Assembly (NCBI RefSeq): GCF_009914755.1
Contig: NC_060930.1
DNA: 64,000 bases
Direction: 5' to 3' (one strand)
From: the human T2T-CHM13v2.0 reference genome, Homo sapiens
Shown: positions 39,741 to 52,950 of the stretch, one piece after another
Position numbering within the stretch: position 1 is the stretch's first letter
Layout: the number at the start of each line of letters is the position of its first letter
Made by a program: the position numbers and the translations under genes
Notes under the pieces: model-generated
What the model was told of the DNA's origin: nothing
Database searches by the model: none
What the model saw: the letters and a program-made list of their open reading frames with translations, nothing else

Positions 39741-39910
39741 TATGGTGCTTAAATGCTATAATTTGACTGCATTGTGCTTGATTTAACTTAATTTTGTTAT
39801 CCCCTTTAGAGCCCTTGTGAAAATAGCGAGGTCTGCACACACAGGCATATTTTGGAGAGAAAGCCTATCTACCTTCCATGGGGCCCTTTACTTTTACACA
39901 CATGCACATA

Positions 39911-39946
<36 letters not shown>

Positions 39947-40349
39947 AGAGAGAGTTGAGGCTCCAAAAATAGACTTAAGAGAAGGCAGGTGAGGGGGGAA
40001 GGGTGGTGCACATCCCTACAGGGAGGGAGGAAGGACAGGGAGAAAGAGAGAATGTTTCCCTTGCCCTTGCCCCTGCCCGTGGGTTTTCTCACCTGAATGT
40101 CCACAAGTGGGTTGAAAGATACTCATTGTTGGCTGAATTGTATGAAAAGACTCCTAAGAAGTGCACCCTCCAAACTTGCCTCCTCTCAGTACCTCCTTAG
40201 TCATATGCATTATCTGAGTGTGGAAATTCTGCCTTCTAGAACTGGGGAGGCAGACAGCAGGTATCCTCCAGCTTGGAAGTGGCAAGAGCTTGGATGTGAG
40301 GCCTACCGCAGCCTCATCACTAACACTGTGGAAGCCAGCACCGGCCAAC

Positions 40350-40885
40350 TGATACAGTTTGGATGTCTTCCCCCTCCAAATCTCATGTTGAAATGCAATC
40401 TCCAATGTTGGGATCCCCAATGCAATCCTGTCAGTATTGGAGGTGAGGACTGATGGGAGGTGATGGGAGGTGACTGGATTATGGGGTGGATCGCTCATGA
40501 TGAGTGAGTTCTTGCTCAGTCAGTTCACATGAAATCTGGTTGTTTAAAAGGGTCTGGACCACCCCCTTCTCTTTTTCGCCATGTGATGCACTGGCTCCAG
40601 CTTTGCCTTCTGCCATGATTGGAAGTTTCCTGAGGCCCTCACCAGAAGCAGGTGCCAGTACTATGCTACTCATACAGCCTGCAGAACCATGAGCCAAAAT
40701 AAACCTTATACATATATATATATTAAATAAATATATATAAATATATATATGTAAACATATATATTAATATATATAAAAATATATATGTGTATATATATAC
40801 ATATATATAAATATATATGTATATATATAAATATATATGTAAATATATATGTAAATATATATGTATATATATAAATATATATGTA

Positions 40886-40919
<34 letters not shown>

Positions 40920-40979
40920 AAATAAATAAAACTTACTCGGTCTCAGCTATTTATAGTGATGTGAGAATGGCCCAACACA
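40350..40979 (+). mobile_element. MSTB-like LTR containing a TA expansion
   Basis: 'tgatacagtttggatg...ccaaatctcatgttgaaatg...cagcctgcagaaccatgagccaaaataaacc' resumes after the TA tract. Confidence 0.85.
40707..40920. repeat. Long interrupted (TA)n tract
   Basis: ~210 bp, almost all A/T. Confidence 0.97.
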
Positions 40980-42837
40980 TTGACCTTGGGCCAGGAATCC
41001 CCTGCCCTGCTTCCATGGCTGGCTCTGAGGCAATAGTTCCTGGGGGAACTTTAGCTGGGCACCTACCATGTGCCACTCTAACTCAGAGTTCAAAGAACGT
41101 GGAGAGGATGGGTATGGTTCTGGTCTGGCCCAGTGGGTGGCACAACTCAGCAGTGGACCGTTTGGCCAACAGGACCCTCCAAGTCATATGGCATCTGGGT
41201 TATATGTCCAGTCAGAGCAGAATCCTGACCCCCGCAGAATTCTGTCTTCTTCTAATACCAGGGAGTCCTGGATCCCTGGAGGGTTGTGGTCTCTGTAATC
41301 CATGCCTCTCTGAGGTCCTAACTCCTTCTGCACCCACATCCATTCACCCCACCCTGGCACAACGTAGGGCAGGACCTTTAGCAGAACCTGGAGGGTTAGC
41401 TGTGCAGAACTGAATGATCAACTACACGGTGTCTGGGCAGGGAAAACTGGCAAAGAGTGCTGGGAGAGGGCAGGGGCAGCAAAGATAAGTCAGGTTGCCC
41501 GTTTTTTACAGTGTGAAGACTTTTTGGAGAGGCTGACAGGGTCTCACCTGGAGGAGGGAGTGAATCATTCTTCCTCAAGGGACACGTCAAGAACTCAGTA
41601 AGTGTAGATATTAGGGGTGAAGATGTGCAAACTTTTCCATAGTTGGGAAGGCACATTTGCCAACAACACAGTGACTTCATTTTCCTGGCAAAGGGAAAGG
41701 ACTAACATTTAAGAAGCACCTACTGTGTGCTCCAAGGTTGTTTCGTTGCTAGGTTGCCTGAGGACAGAGGAAGAGATGACTCAGTAAGATTATTATTACT
41801 ATACTCTACAGATGGAAGACACTGTTAGCTGCCCAAAGTCACAAAACTAGTAATTGGCCAAGCCAGAATTGGAACTCAGGCCTTTGGATATCAGAGCTGA
41901 TGATCTTTTTACATCTGCATGATATTTCTCTGGAATCACATAACCCTGATCAGAATAAAAATGAGAAAGAATGAGTGCATGGATCTACAACTGTGGGAAC
42001 CTCAACTCTTCCATGCTCACCAAAGTCAGGGGACTTCGTAATTCACAAAAACGGAAGAAAAACTACTCCCCTCCAGCCAGCCCCTTGTACTCCATGTGAC
42101 AAATGTTCACACTCTTTCTGCCTGAGTCACACATGCCAGTAAATAGTACAAACATTGATCCACATATTTCATGTTTATAGCCTCTGTTCTATCAGAATCC
42201 TTAAGTAGCTCCTATAATCAATTTATTTGCCAACAGGTGCAGTGGTCAGGGTGAACGGTCAGTACCATCAAGCCACCCTGGGGGATCCTCTGGAGACCCT
42301 GAGCCATTCTGGGGTGGCATTGCTACAATACAGCAATGTACAGGGAGTGAGGCTTCTGGTAATCATCTTTGGGTAGCAGTGGGTCTAGGTTCCAAGGGGA
42401 AAAGGTGAAAACTTGTGCTTTGTTCTATGTAATATTTAGCTTTGAACAGAAGAGAGACATCAAGAAAGTGAAAGGGCAAGGTCCTAGACAAGATGGGGTT
42501 GGAACAGAAAATGAATAAGGGAGAAGGAAGCAGGCAGAGACTGTGCAAGGTAAGGATGAAGAAGAAAGGAGGTAAGAAGAAAACAAGTAGAGGTTGTCTT
42601 CTCTTTCTCCTTCTTCCTGAACTGAAGTAGAAAGGGAAAGTCTACTGAGACCCACTCACATTATTAAACATGCCTCCAGCTCATCCATGTCTCCCCACCT
42701 CCCCTACCAGTGAGTCTATCCCCTCTGAGCCATTGGGAATAAGGCCCATGTCCATATAGGCAAAACAATGAGCATTTCCACACTTGAATGTGAGTGGTAC
42801 GGATGGAAAATGAACAAGATGGATTGCTTCCTCTAGG

Positions 42838-43032
42838 AGACAGTTTCTCAACCATGGCACTGCTGACATTTTGTGCCAGACAATTCTTTGTTGTTGCGGG
42901 GCCTTCCTGTGCACTATAGGATGTTTCGCAGCACCCTAGGCCTCTACCCACTAGATGCCAGTAGAATCACCAGTGTGATAACCAAAAATGTCTCTAGACA
43001 TTGCCAAAGTTGCCCCTGATTGAAAACCGCTG
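42838..43032 (+). mobile_element. MER20 (hAT-Charlie)
   Basis: 'tttctcaaccatggcactgctgacatttt...ctctacccactagatgccagtag...aaaaatgtctctagacattgccaaa'. Confidence 0.9.
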
Positions 43033-45699
43033 CTCCAGAAGGCTAGGGCTACCTGTTTCCTGGAATGAGTTTTAGAAATAGTTACTCTGCCTTCCTGCAT
43101 CTTGAAGGAACTGCCTCACAACTAGCCTCAATGTATATCCCACTCTCTGTCCCCATGTCTGATGATCCATTTCTAGAAGTACCGAGAGAGAGAATTTGTA
43201 TAAACATCAAGGGTGGATGCTTTTCTTCTGCCTCTGAGGTCCACTCCCCAAACACCCCTGCAAAGTCTGGTATAGACTAGGAGTAAAAAGCTCTAGTACT
43301 GGTCAGTGAGAAGCAGAATCATTGAGAAGGATTCTGAGTCAGCAAAGCCTGGCTATGGGGCCCCTCTGCCCTGGGGACATGGATCCCTCCATCTTTTCTC
43401 TTCTTGTGCAAGCAGAAGCTGAAGACACCTGGCAGGCTGCATCTACATGTGTGCCTTTGATCAGGCCCCCGTGGCCTTTGTTCCTCCGTTTTTCCATCTA
43501 CAATGGAAGGGACTGGACTGAGAGACCTATAAGGTTTCCACCCAACTCTGATGAACCATGTTCTGAGAGTTTATGGCTCTGAGGTTATAATTAGAGAAAG
43601 CCTGATCTTGAGGTGCATTAAGGATATGCAGAGCATGCTATGAATTCCCTCATGGCTACCTTTTAATTACCTGAATTGATATAGGCAAGCATTGCTAATT
43701 TGAAATGAAAAGATAAATCCAAATCTAATCTGGCTGGACATCAAACGCAACATGACTCTCTCTCTCTCTCTCTCTCAAACACACACACACACACATCTGT
43801 AATAGAAAGGGGACCTCCAAGACCTCAAGGAGAAGCCACACATAGAAACAATTCATCGGTAATTGAGAGTTGGCCAAACATTTGGTCATTTTTTAATTTT
43901 TAAATTTAACAGATTACATTGATTGTATATATTTATTGTGTACAACATGATGTTTTGAAGTATATATATACAAATATATATTTTGATTAATTTTTAGCAA
44001 CAATCCAAAGCCTAACTTGACCTGAATGCTTGGTTAATGTTTAATGTCCAGCAAAATGCCAGCGTCTCCCTGCCTTTAACTCCCCCTGGCCCAACGAGAT
44101 CAAAGGAAGAAAACTTCTCTGCCCTCTCATCCTGAATTTCTCCATGGCTCTTCCATTTTCTCTCTGTCTCAGTGTCTCTCCATTTGCATATGCCTCTGAG
44201 TCTCTGCATCTCAATCTCTGGGTCTCTGTGCCTGTTCATCTCTGTGTGCACCTCTGTGTCTCCATCATCTTTCTGTGTGACCCCCCTACCCCCACCTCCA
44301 CCTCCCTCTCTCCTCCCTCCTTCTCATTCTTTCTCCCACCAATCACAACAAATTGACAAGGAGCGGAGGCCCTGTCAGGAACATCATCTGCCTGTTCAGA
44401 CCAAAGGGGTTTTCTTTGTGCATCTTGCCGTGATTCATCTTCAGAGGGATCGATTCCTGGGCATCCATCTCTGTGTCTGCAGAAAAACTCTCTAAAGCTG
44501 CTGCTTCCCCACTAGGCCTGGACCTCTTGCTCTCTTGCAGCAACAGCTCTGTGGTTTGCTGGCTTCCGCCCCTCCAGGAAAAAAAATCACTCAGGGGTGG
44601 GAGGAGATGCTGACACCACTGAGGCCGAGCTAAAAGCAGCTCCTTGGAGGGAACAGAGCCAGGACAATGGGCCCTGGGACGAGAACTCCAGCCAGCTCCC
44701 AGCCCCCTCCGCCCACCTCGGAGGGCGTGCCTCTCATCTTGTGTGCTCAACATCGTGATTATTTATGGAGATGTAAAGTGTCCTTCAAGCAGCTCATTCT
44801 TCTCAACAAGCTGTGAGGCAGGCGAGAGAAGGCGCCGGCCAAAACCAGGCTGCTTGGGGAGGAGGTGGCAGGGCTGGGAGTGAAAGAAAGACCCCTTCAT
44901 CCTCCCGCGCTCAACTCGCCTTTCAGGCTGACCTTGGAGAGTGAAGACTGGCTCAGATTTCCTCTGCTGTGTATATCTTCACCCAGAGAGCTGTGTGCTA
45001 GCTGTGTGCTCCGAGAACAAGGGAAGCATGCAGGGCCTGCCGGAAGGGGTAACTGTGAGCATGTCAGGGTCTGAGCAAAGACAAGAGTGATGTGTGAGCT
45101 GGCCTCCACTCTACCACCTTTCCCCAGAGCTGAGGGTCTCCCTGCTGTGTCAGGCAGACTGGGCACAGCCTTCACATGCCCATTCCCAGGTCTAGGTAAG
45201 CAGAGATCACTGCTCAAGCCATTAGGACAAGGCTGAAACTCTCTGGAGTCCCTTCTGGCTGTGGGTATGCCCCTGGGCCAGGCCAAGGATGGTGGGGAGC
45301 ATCCTAAGTGTTTCTGGAAATGATGGTGGACAAGGATTACCTAGGGGTGGCCCCTCAGTCCTCACAATCTGAGTTACAGGGAAGACTGGGGTTTTAGGAA
45401 GGAGGTTCTTAGTAGCATGCTGTACTGACATTTGGATCAGATTGATAGTAATCTTGGCCATGCTTTTTTTAGGAGAATAATCACTGAATACATCAAAGAT
45501 GAGAATGAGAGTAGACTAGGAGTCAAGAGGTAAGTCATGAGAGGTTGGGAATGTGAGCTGACCCATGAGTAACTAACAATATGCAGCACCTGAGGGCAAG
45601 GGGGCACCTTTGCTCCTGGTGTTAGAGATGAAGTGGCTGATAACAGAGAAGCAGAGGTCCTCCACAACTTGGAATGGTGGCGCAGTGGACTTGGGATGT

Positions 45700-45930
45700 A
45701 TCATGGTGCTGAAGCACGTGCTCTCAGGCACCAAACGCACTGGGTTTGAATCTTGGCTTTAGAGTTAACAAGTTGTAAGACTCCAGGCAGCTCCCTTAAC
45801 TTCGGTGTGCCTCGGTTTTCTCAACTGTACAATGGGGCTAATATAGCAATATGCCTCCTAGGTATGTTGTGAGAGTTAATAAGATAATAGACCAGTACCT
45901 AGCATATTGCAAACAGCTATTATTATTTTC
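45700..45930 (+). mobile_element. MIR SINE
   Basis: 'ctgggtttgaatcttggct...gtgcctcggttttctcaactgtacaatgggg'. Confidence 0.75.
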
Positions 45931-46529
45931 ATAACTATTACTGGACTCAGAGAATTGAATTTGATTTCCACCTAATTCCAAGTCCAGAACTTAAACCAGA
46001 TACTTTATTTATTCAGGTTTTGGTTTCTTGTATAAACTTATTCCTACCTCACAAGGTTGTTGTAAGGATTAAATGTGAATGTATGTGGACACATTTTCTA
46101 AAACTGCAAGGGATTATCCAAATGTGAGCTGTTCCCAGGTACCACCGGGGGAGCGGACAGCATCTGAGGGATGAGGAAGAAAGGAAATAAAGTTGATGGA
46201 CCCATATCCGGATTAGGTCTTGGGAGGTATTAAGTGCACCTTCACGAGGCAATCCAGGAAGGCTTCCTGCAAGAGGAGGGTTGTGTAAGCTTGACTCTCA
46301 GCAGTCTGAAAAAAAGGTGACTCACTGTGAGAAAATTATTTGACAAGATGTTCTGTAAGCAGTGACACCTACTGCCATGGGTTTTGCAATAAGAAGCAAC
46401 AATTCCAAACCAGGTTGTTACCCTCTCGGGTCTGCAAAGGAGGAGAGACACAGGCCTTATGGAGAGTGTGTCTGGGACAACATCATCTCCAGGAGGAAAT
46501 ACATACTCTAATCCTGTCAAATGTTTGTG

Positions 46530-46950
46530 TCCCCTGAAGCCTCAAAGGCCCTGTCCTTAGTGGTGTTCACAAATATTTTGGTTCTTTCTCTTTCCTGGCA
46601 CATGGTAGGATGCATGTCCCTGTGCCTTAAAGTTGGGCATGGGCGTGTGATTTGTCTGCAGCTTGCATGTGACTTGCAATGAAATGTAGGCATGCTTAAT
46701 TGCCAACACTTGACTTCAATTTTCCTTTTTTTTTTGTTTTTGTTTTTTTTGCATTAGGAATCTTAGAAGCTTGTGTCCAGGTGATGCCTCTCTCAGCCTA
46801 GTCTCTGAGTGACTCAGCAAGCAGACATTGCTTCCAAGTTGTGTCAAATATGTAACATGAGCAATGAAGAAAAACCCCCTTTGCATGAAACTGCTGAGAT
46901 ATTGGGGTCATTTGTTTCTGCAGCAAAATCTGGCTCATCCTGACTAATGC
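46530..46950 (+). mobile_element. MLT1 (H/I/J-like) LTR
   Basis: 'ttcctggcacatggtaggatgca...ctgagatattggggtcatttgtttctgcagcaaaatctggctcatcctgactaat'. Confidence 0.65.
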
Positions 46951-47439
46951 AGCTCTAAAACATACAGTCTCAGCACCTGCTTTGTATTGCTATGTCCAGT
47001 CTCTGGGTAGAACCTGGATCCACTTGCCCATGATCCCCAATGCAGCTACAATGACATTCGAAGAGGAATAGAGGGGAGGACTAGAACACAGGTGAACAGG
47101 GAGTAAAAACAGGAGGTGCTGAGCCTGGGGTGCCCCACCCCATGAGAATAAATGTTGCTGGGCTTAGGGAAATGCTGAGCTGATCTTGTTCACGTCCACG
47201 ACATCTTGTTCTCTGTTCCTGTCACAGAATGCCTCTCAAACTAGAATATTCACATCTTTCCTCACTGATGCACATGCTTCTCTGGAATGGAGAACTTTAA
47301 AAGAAAAGGAGTGTCCTAGGAAATTGTGCCTACAATGATCTTATTCCCCAGTTCTTCCCCCAGTCTCAACACAAGCCTCTCAGTGCCCAGGCTTTCATCT
47401 CACTGATCTGGATGTGATTTACAGCAGATAATAATAAAT

Positions 47440-47670
47440 AATCATTATAATAATATTAGCCTTTTGCATAACACTTACTATGTGCCAGACAGTGCTTTAA
47501 GCATGCTACATGCTTAAAATCTTCACCAAAACCTCATGAGGATGTACCATTGTTCCCATTTTTCAGACAAAGCAATTGAGGCACAGAGCAACTAAGTAAC
47601 ATGCGCAGGATCAACAGCCCATTCAAACCCAGTCCGTATGACTCCATAGCCCATGCTCTTAACCACCACA
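47440..47670 (-). mobile_element. MIR SINE
   Basis: 'cacttactatgtgccagac...cccatttttcagac...gaggcacagag'. Confidence 0.8.
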
Positions 47671-47963
47671 CCATACAACAAGCATAACATTTTATCTCCC
47701 TGGAATCTGACGTCTTGGCAAGGGTCCCCATCTGTTCTATCTTGGGGATACTCCAGAGTAGGGTTGGATCTCAGGGTATCATCTGAACAGAGAGATTATA
47801 CCACATCACAGACATCAGACCCTGCTATGACCAGAACCTCTTTGGTGTCTCTGCCAGCCCTCTGTTCCCTCAGGCCTACCGTAGCCCTCGCCTATTATTT
47901 CAAGAGCAGCTCTTTTACTGGCTACTTCGGAAGCAGATGTTGACTTCTTGAGGTACACCCCAC

Positions 47964-48520
47964 TGTTTGTGGCTACCTAACAGCTATTGCCTTCTCCCTT
48001 GTAACAGAACACTTATTTGGGGTGGGTGGGACTATGCCAAGCTCATTGCCACACTTCTTCAGCTGTGAAGTGAGTTCCTTGGCCATAAGCAATGATGTGT
48101 GGAATATCATGGTGGCGGATAAGGCATGATGAGACTAAAACCTGCTTGGTCTAACTTGGTTGTGATAACTCCATTCTCTGTTGCCAGTGACTATTCTAGG
48201 ACTGGGCATGTAACTCCATTCTGGCCAATGAGATGACAAGAAAGCCTACAGGAGGTGGGGAGGTACTGAGAAAACTTATCCTCCCAAAGAGGAATGCCTT
48301 TCCCACCTTGCCACTTGGGAGGTGGGCAGCCATCTAGCAACTTGAGGGATAACGACCTGGTGGCCTGGCAGAGCAGACAGGCAGGAAAAGCCTGGGGCTT
48401 GGATGACCTCATTGAACTGCCCCAAGCCTGGAATAACCTCTTTTGCACCCGAGTAAACCCCTACTACTGAAACCACTTTTGTTCAGATACTTGGTTACTT
48501 GCTGCCTAACAGATCTTACC
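47964..48520 (+). mobile_element. MLT1J/K-like LTR
   Basis: 'tgtggctacctaacagc...attctggccaatgagatg...gcagccatct...ttggttacttgc'. Confidence 0.65.
48040..48127 (-). mobile_element. Isolated ERV-L pol (integrase core) fragment
   Basis: Minus strand translates CLIRHHDIPHIIAYGQGTHFTAEEVWQ*A, matching the ERV-L integrase motif CLIHxHGIPHSIASDQGTHFTAKEVxQWA. Confidence 0.85.
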
Positions 48521-50287
48521 GAGAACAACTCTCACTGGTTTATTTTCTCCTAAGATGAGGTATAAAGCAAGGGGATCCAATGAGTATGGAAGCAACCACT
48601 TTCCCACACTTAGAAAGATCACCGTACTGATAACTGAGAAATGAAAGTATTCTCCAGGTCAGGACTCAGTGACTGAAACGCAATTAACTCTGATTCATTG
48701 CACATTTTAAATCAAAATATATTCACTATCTAACTCTAAATACAATCATATGACTTATTTTTTTTGCCAGGGAGACAACATTCCATTAATGTCTTACAGA
48801 CATTACAGAGAACTCTCCCATGCACAGGTTGACACTTGCTTGCTTTCCTTTAGTTCCAAGTGGAGATAATGACAGGCAGAACGTTAAGAAGCTTCTTCCA
48901 CAAGGCCCTGTGAGGCACTGGATGTGTAGAAAGGACAGGAGAATGGTACCTTGAAAAGGACAAGAGAAGCTGCACAGAATATGAGCCAACTCCTTGGTGG
49001 GGGGCAGTCCCCCAAAGCCTGACCATGGGAACAAGAGGCAGTTGCGGTTCAGGGGTTCCAAGACTGACAGATATAGGCTTTAAATTGCTAATCCACATTT
49101 GCTGTGTGACGCTGGGCACTCCACTTGCCTTCTCTGAGCTTCCACGTACTCAAGAGTAAAAACAGGACAGTAACATCTAAACCGGTGAGAATGAAAGGAG
49201 CTTGGAGTAGGGGTTAGGGAAATGACAGCCATTACTAGTACTCGGGCAACCTGGCCTGGGATAAGCAAGGTGATTTCTAACAGAACTCTTCCAATTCCTC
49301 AGTGCGGAGGCAGCTCCACAGAAGCGGGTGGCTGTGTCCACTGAAGACATCTAGGCTGAGCAGTAGTGGCTCTAGATGGCATGCACGATGGAAGAAAATG
49401 TTTCATGTCTTTCGGAGGCAGATTCTGCAGTGGGGCTGAGTCTGTGGCTGCATTGCTCTGATTGACGGAGGAAGCTTAGCTTAGATAAGATTCTAGAGGA
49501 TCTGGGTAGGACTTCATCAGGCCAGCATAGGGTAGTAAAACAGGTCATGTTTGGGAACAAGAATACTAGGATTTTTAATGCAGCCCTGCCACTGACCAGC
49601 TTTAGAGTCTTGGGAAATATATTTAAAGGTTATATGCCTCAGTTTCCCCCATCTGAAAGTTGAGACAGGAATCTGTGGGATTTGGTGATAACGCAAGCAC
49701 TGAACGATGGGTAGCCAGGGCTTCTCTTACTGACCCGTCACAGGTTATCCCATGAAAGCATCCAGCACATGTAGAAGGGGAGGGGATATTCTGAGTAGAA
49801 CAGTAAGTACAGTGGCTCATTTTCAAGTCCAATTCCCCACTTTAATTGAGTTTTGCTGAAAAGCCCCATGCAAGCACTTTTCCTGCCATTTTGCCAGATT
49901 TGATTCTCGCTGATAACAGAAATCTGAGTGGCTCCTGAAGATAGATGACTGCTGTTGGCAGTGGGATGAGATGGTATGGATGAGCAAGTGGACCTGGGAA
50001 GAGCAGAAATTGCTCTGCTCTGATCAGGGCCCCTATTGATGTGCCTCTCCCCACCACCCCCTGCTCATGCCCATCCTGGCTGGGCATTCCCAGCTGACAT
50101 TCCCAGCCCTCATCCTCGCCAGACTCACCTTGCGGGACAAGAGGCACCCAGGATGTCTAGGTACTACTCTTTCTTTAAGGCTGCCTAAGATCAAAGTGTA
50201 TCTTTTGGAAGGTGTCATCCAAGACTCCTGAATTAGGATCAGTCCACCAGGTTACCTGGTAGAGAGCAGAACACTGATGGAATAGAG

Positions 50288-50571
50288 AGCATTGGTTTGT
50301 ACTTTTTAAAGCTTTATACAAATGGCATATTCACCGCATCTCCTGAAACTTGCTTTTTCTTTATTCAACGTTACATGTTCGAGGTGTATTCATGATGATC
50401 CATGTAGCTCTGATTCAATCATTTTCTCTGCTGTATAGATGGACATTTTGGTTTTCTCCAGTTGTTGCTATTGCAAGCAAATACACAATTAACATTCACA
50501 CTCACATCTCCTTGTGCACACATGGGAGAGATCCTAGGTACATACCCAGGAGGAGAATGCCTGGGTAGAAA
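50288..50571 (-). repeat. Local duplication C: copy of part of the neighbouring L1ME
   Basis: 9 substitutions and one 3-bp indel versus 51292-51572. Confidence 0.97.
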
Positions 50572-51069
50572 GGATAGCTTTGAATAGCGGTAGCAAGGTG
50601 GGACACGAGTCAGGTTGCAGGCTTTAGTATCCTGTGTGATGAAGCAAGCCTCTCAGAGATGGAAAAGTCTTTGTAGGTTCAGTTTCGAGGAGGTTCAACC
50701 CATTTCCTTCACCAGCAGACCAGCTACAGGGAAAGCTACCTGTCACTCATCCTCATACACTTCACAGTCCACACACTGCAACAGGGTAGGAAGATAGGCA
50801 CTGTCACAGCCCTCAGTGCAGGATTGGCAATAGAAAGTAAACAGAAAACCAAAATGGGAGTAAAAAGATCCAGCCACTTCACAGTTATTGCCATCTTTCA
50901 AAAGAAACTCCAGTCATTTTCTCTAAATGGAGAATTCTTACCTGAATAAAACCCGCTGCAACTTGGAGACAAATCAAATAAAGAAATAAAGGCTTCATTG
51001 TGATTCTAACTCTTACCCCAGAGGAATTCTGGTTAAACACACTTCTTAGTTTCTCTTTCGATGTTGTGT

Positions 51070-51580
51070 CTTTTAAAATAAAATATTTTAGACATAAAAA
51101 GTATAGCTAATAATATTATGAACACTATGGACCCATCGACCATTTTATAAAATTAAACATTATAGTTTGAATTGAAAGCCCTTATAAACTCTTCCCAGGC
51201 TCCCCACATTCCTGAATCTAGTGTTTGTCATGCCCATTTCTATACAGGTTTTCATGCTTGCCCAGGATATAGGTATCCATAAATAATAGAAAGCATTGGT
51301 TTGTATTTTTTAAAGCTTTATACAAATGGCATATTCACCGCATCTCCTGAAGCTTGCTTTTTCTTTATTCAACGTTACATGTTTGAGATGTATTCATGAT
51401 GATCCAGGTGGCTCTGATTCAATCATTTTCTCTGCTGTATAGATGGACATTTTGGTTTTCTCCAGTTGTTGCTATTACAAGCAAAGCCACAATTAACATT
51501 CACACTCACATCTCCTTGTGCACACATGGGAGAGATCCTAGGTACATACCCAGGAGAATGCCTGGGTAGAAAATGTACGC
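51070..51580 (-). mobile_element. L1ME-class 3' fragment (donor of duplication C)
   Basis: 'tacaaatggcatatt...gatggacattttggttttctccagttg...ctaggtacatacccagga'. Confidence 0.75.
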
Positions 51581-51815
51581 CATCACTTTCACAAGGAGAG
51601 GAAGGGTGAATGAAGCAAGGATGCCACAAGAACCCCTGGCTGAGGACCTCCCACATCCACATGGCAGGGAACACTTTGCCCAAAGGCAGTGACATCTACC
51701 CTAATGAGCAAAATCAGACTGTGGTCAAGGTATTCAGAAGTTTTCACAATTGCTGTCCTTTCCTCCTAAGGAAGGTGTGGACAGAGAGAATGGTGTGTGA
51801 GCGGAGGTGGTGTAA

Positions 51816-51848
<33 letters not shown>

Positions 51849-52028
51849 AGATCCACAGAAGCAGCATCCTTTGTCTTTTTGACCAATGCATCCCAGCACC
51901 TAGAACAGTGCTGTGTGTGCATGCGATAAATACTCCTTACTTGAATATATACCATGCATGGATGTGTACATGTGCACCCATGTACATGTTCTGTGCAGAG
52001 GAGTGCTCCCTAGTCAGGGAGGGCACAA

Positions 52029-52067
52029 GAGCTGAGATGTTGTTGGGAGCTGAGATGTTGTTGGGAG
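52029..52067. repeat. Perfect 18-bp tandem duplication
   Basis: gagctgagatgttgttgg x2, followed by gag. Confidence 0.95.
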
Positions 52068-52819
52068 GCAATATGGTCTGCACTCCCAACCCCTTAGTGC
52101 AAATGTAACAACAGACCACCAAATCATGAAGAAAGGGAAATGGTCTGAAACATGGAACAAAGGGTTCGTGCTGCCTGCATTTCTGGGAAAGGATCTAAGA
52201 AGAAGATTCTTGGTATTTAGACAATAGGACAAAGCCAAAGGAAAACTCAAAGGAAGGCTTGTGGTCATCTTCCTCACAATAGCAAAATTCCTCCTCAGCA
52301 AGTTTGAAGAGCCAGCAAATGCAAGCCAAAGAATTAACAAATGAAAGCAAAAAGGAATTTAAAAACTAAACAGACAAGATAGAGAAAACCCAACACTGAC
52401 GGATGATACAAAGCAGTTTAACTTTGAGTAACCACCACCTACCTGGAGAGATTCTCAGGGACCTGGAATTTTGTTGCCCTGGACCTCAGGTTGTGGCCCC
52501 TGCCTTCCCAGACCATGGAAACTTTGGGGGCAACTTAAGTAGAGGTAATAATTACAGCTGTTTCTAATTTTTTTCCCCACGATAGAAATATGGTAGGCAG
52601 AGAGCAAGCTGAGATTCTGTGCTAAAGGAATAAGTCCGACAGGCAGGAAGAAAGTGGCAATGGGAGACTGGGGTACATAGGGGACTCTTGGGAATCTAGA
52701 GGAATTGGCCAGCAGATGGTCAGTATCAGCAGGCTGCCTGCCAGCACTGCAGGGATAGTAAATGGGAATGATTCTGGTCTCTGGGCCAGGTTCTGAAAAA
52801 AAACAAGACAAGCTCTAGT

Positions 52820-52950
52820 CCTACTGGAGGAAGGACACAGTCTCTGGAGCCAGAGATCCAGGTCCAAATCCTACCTGTGTGCCCTTGGGCAAGCTGCTTG
52901 CTCTCTCTATGCCTCAATTTCATCATCTGTAACATGAGAATGATAATAAG
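52820..52950 (+). mobile_element. MIR SINE
   Basis: 'cttgggcaagctgcttgctctctctatgcctcaatttcatcatctgtaa'. Confidence 0.75.
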
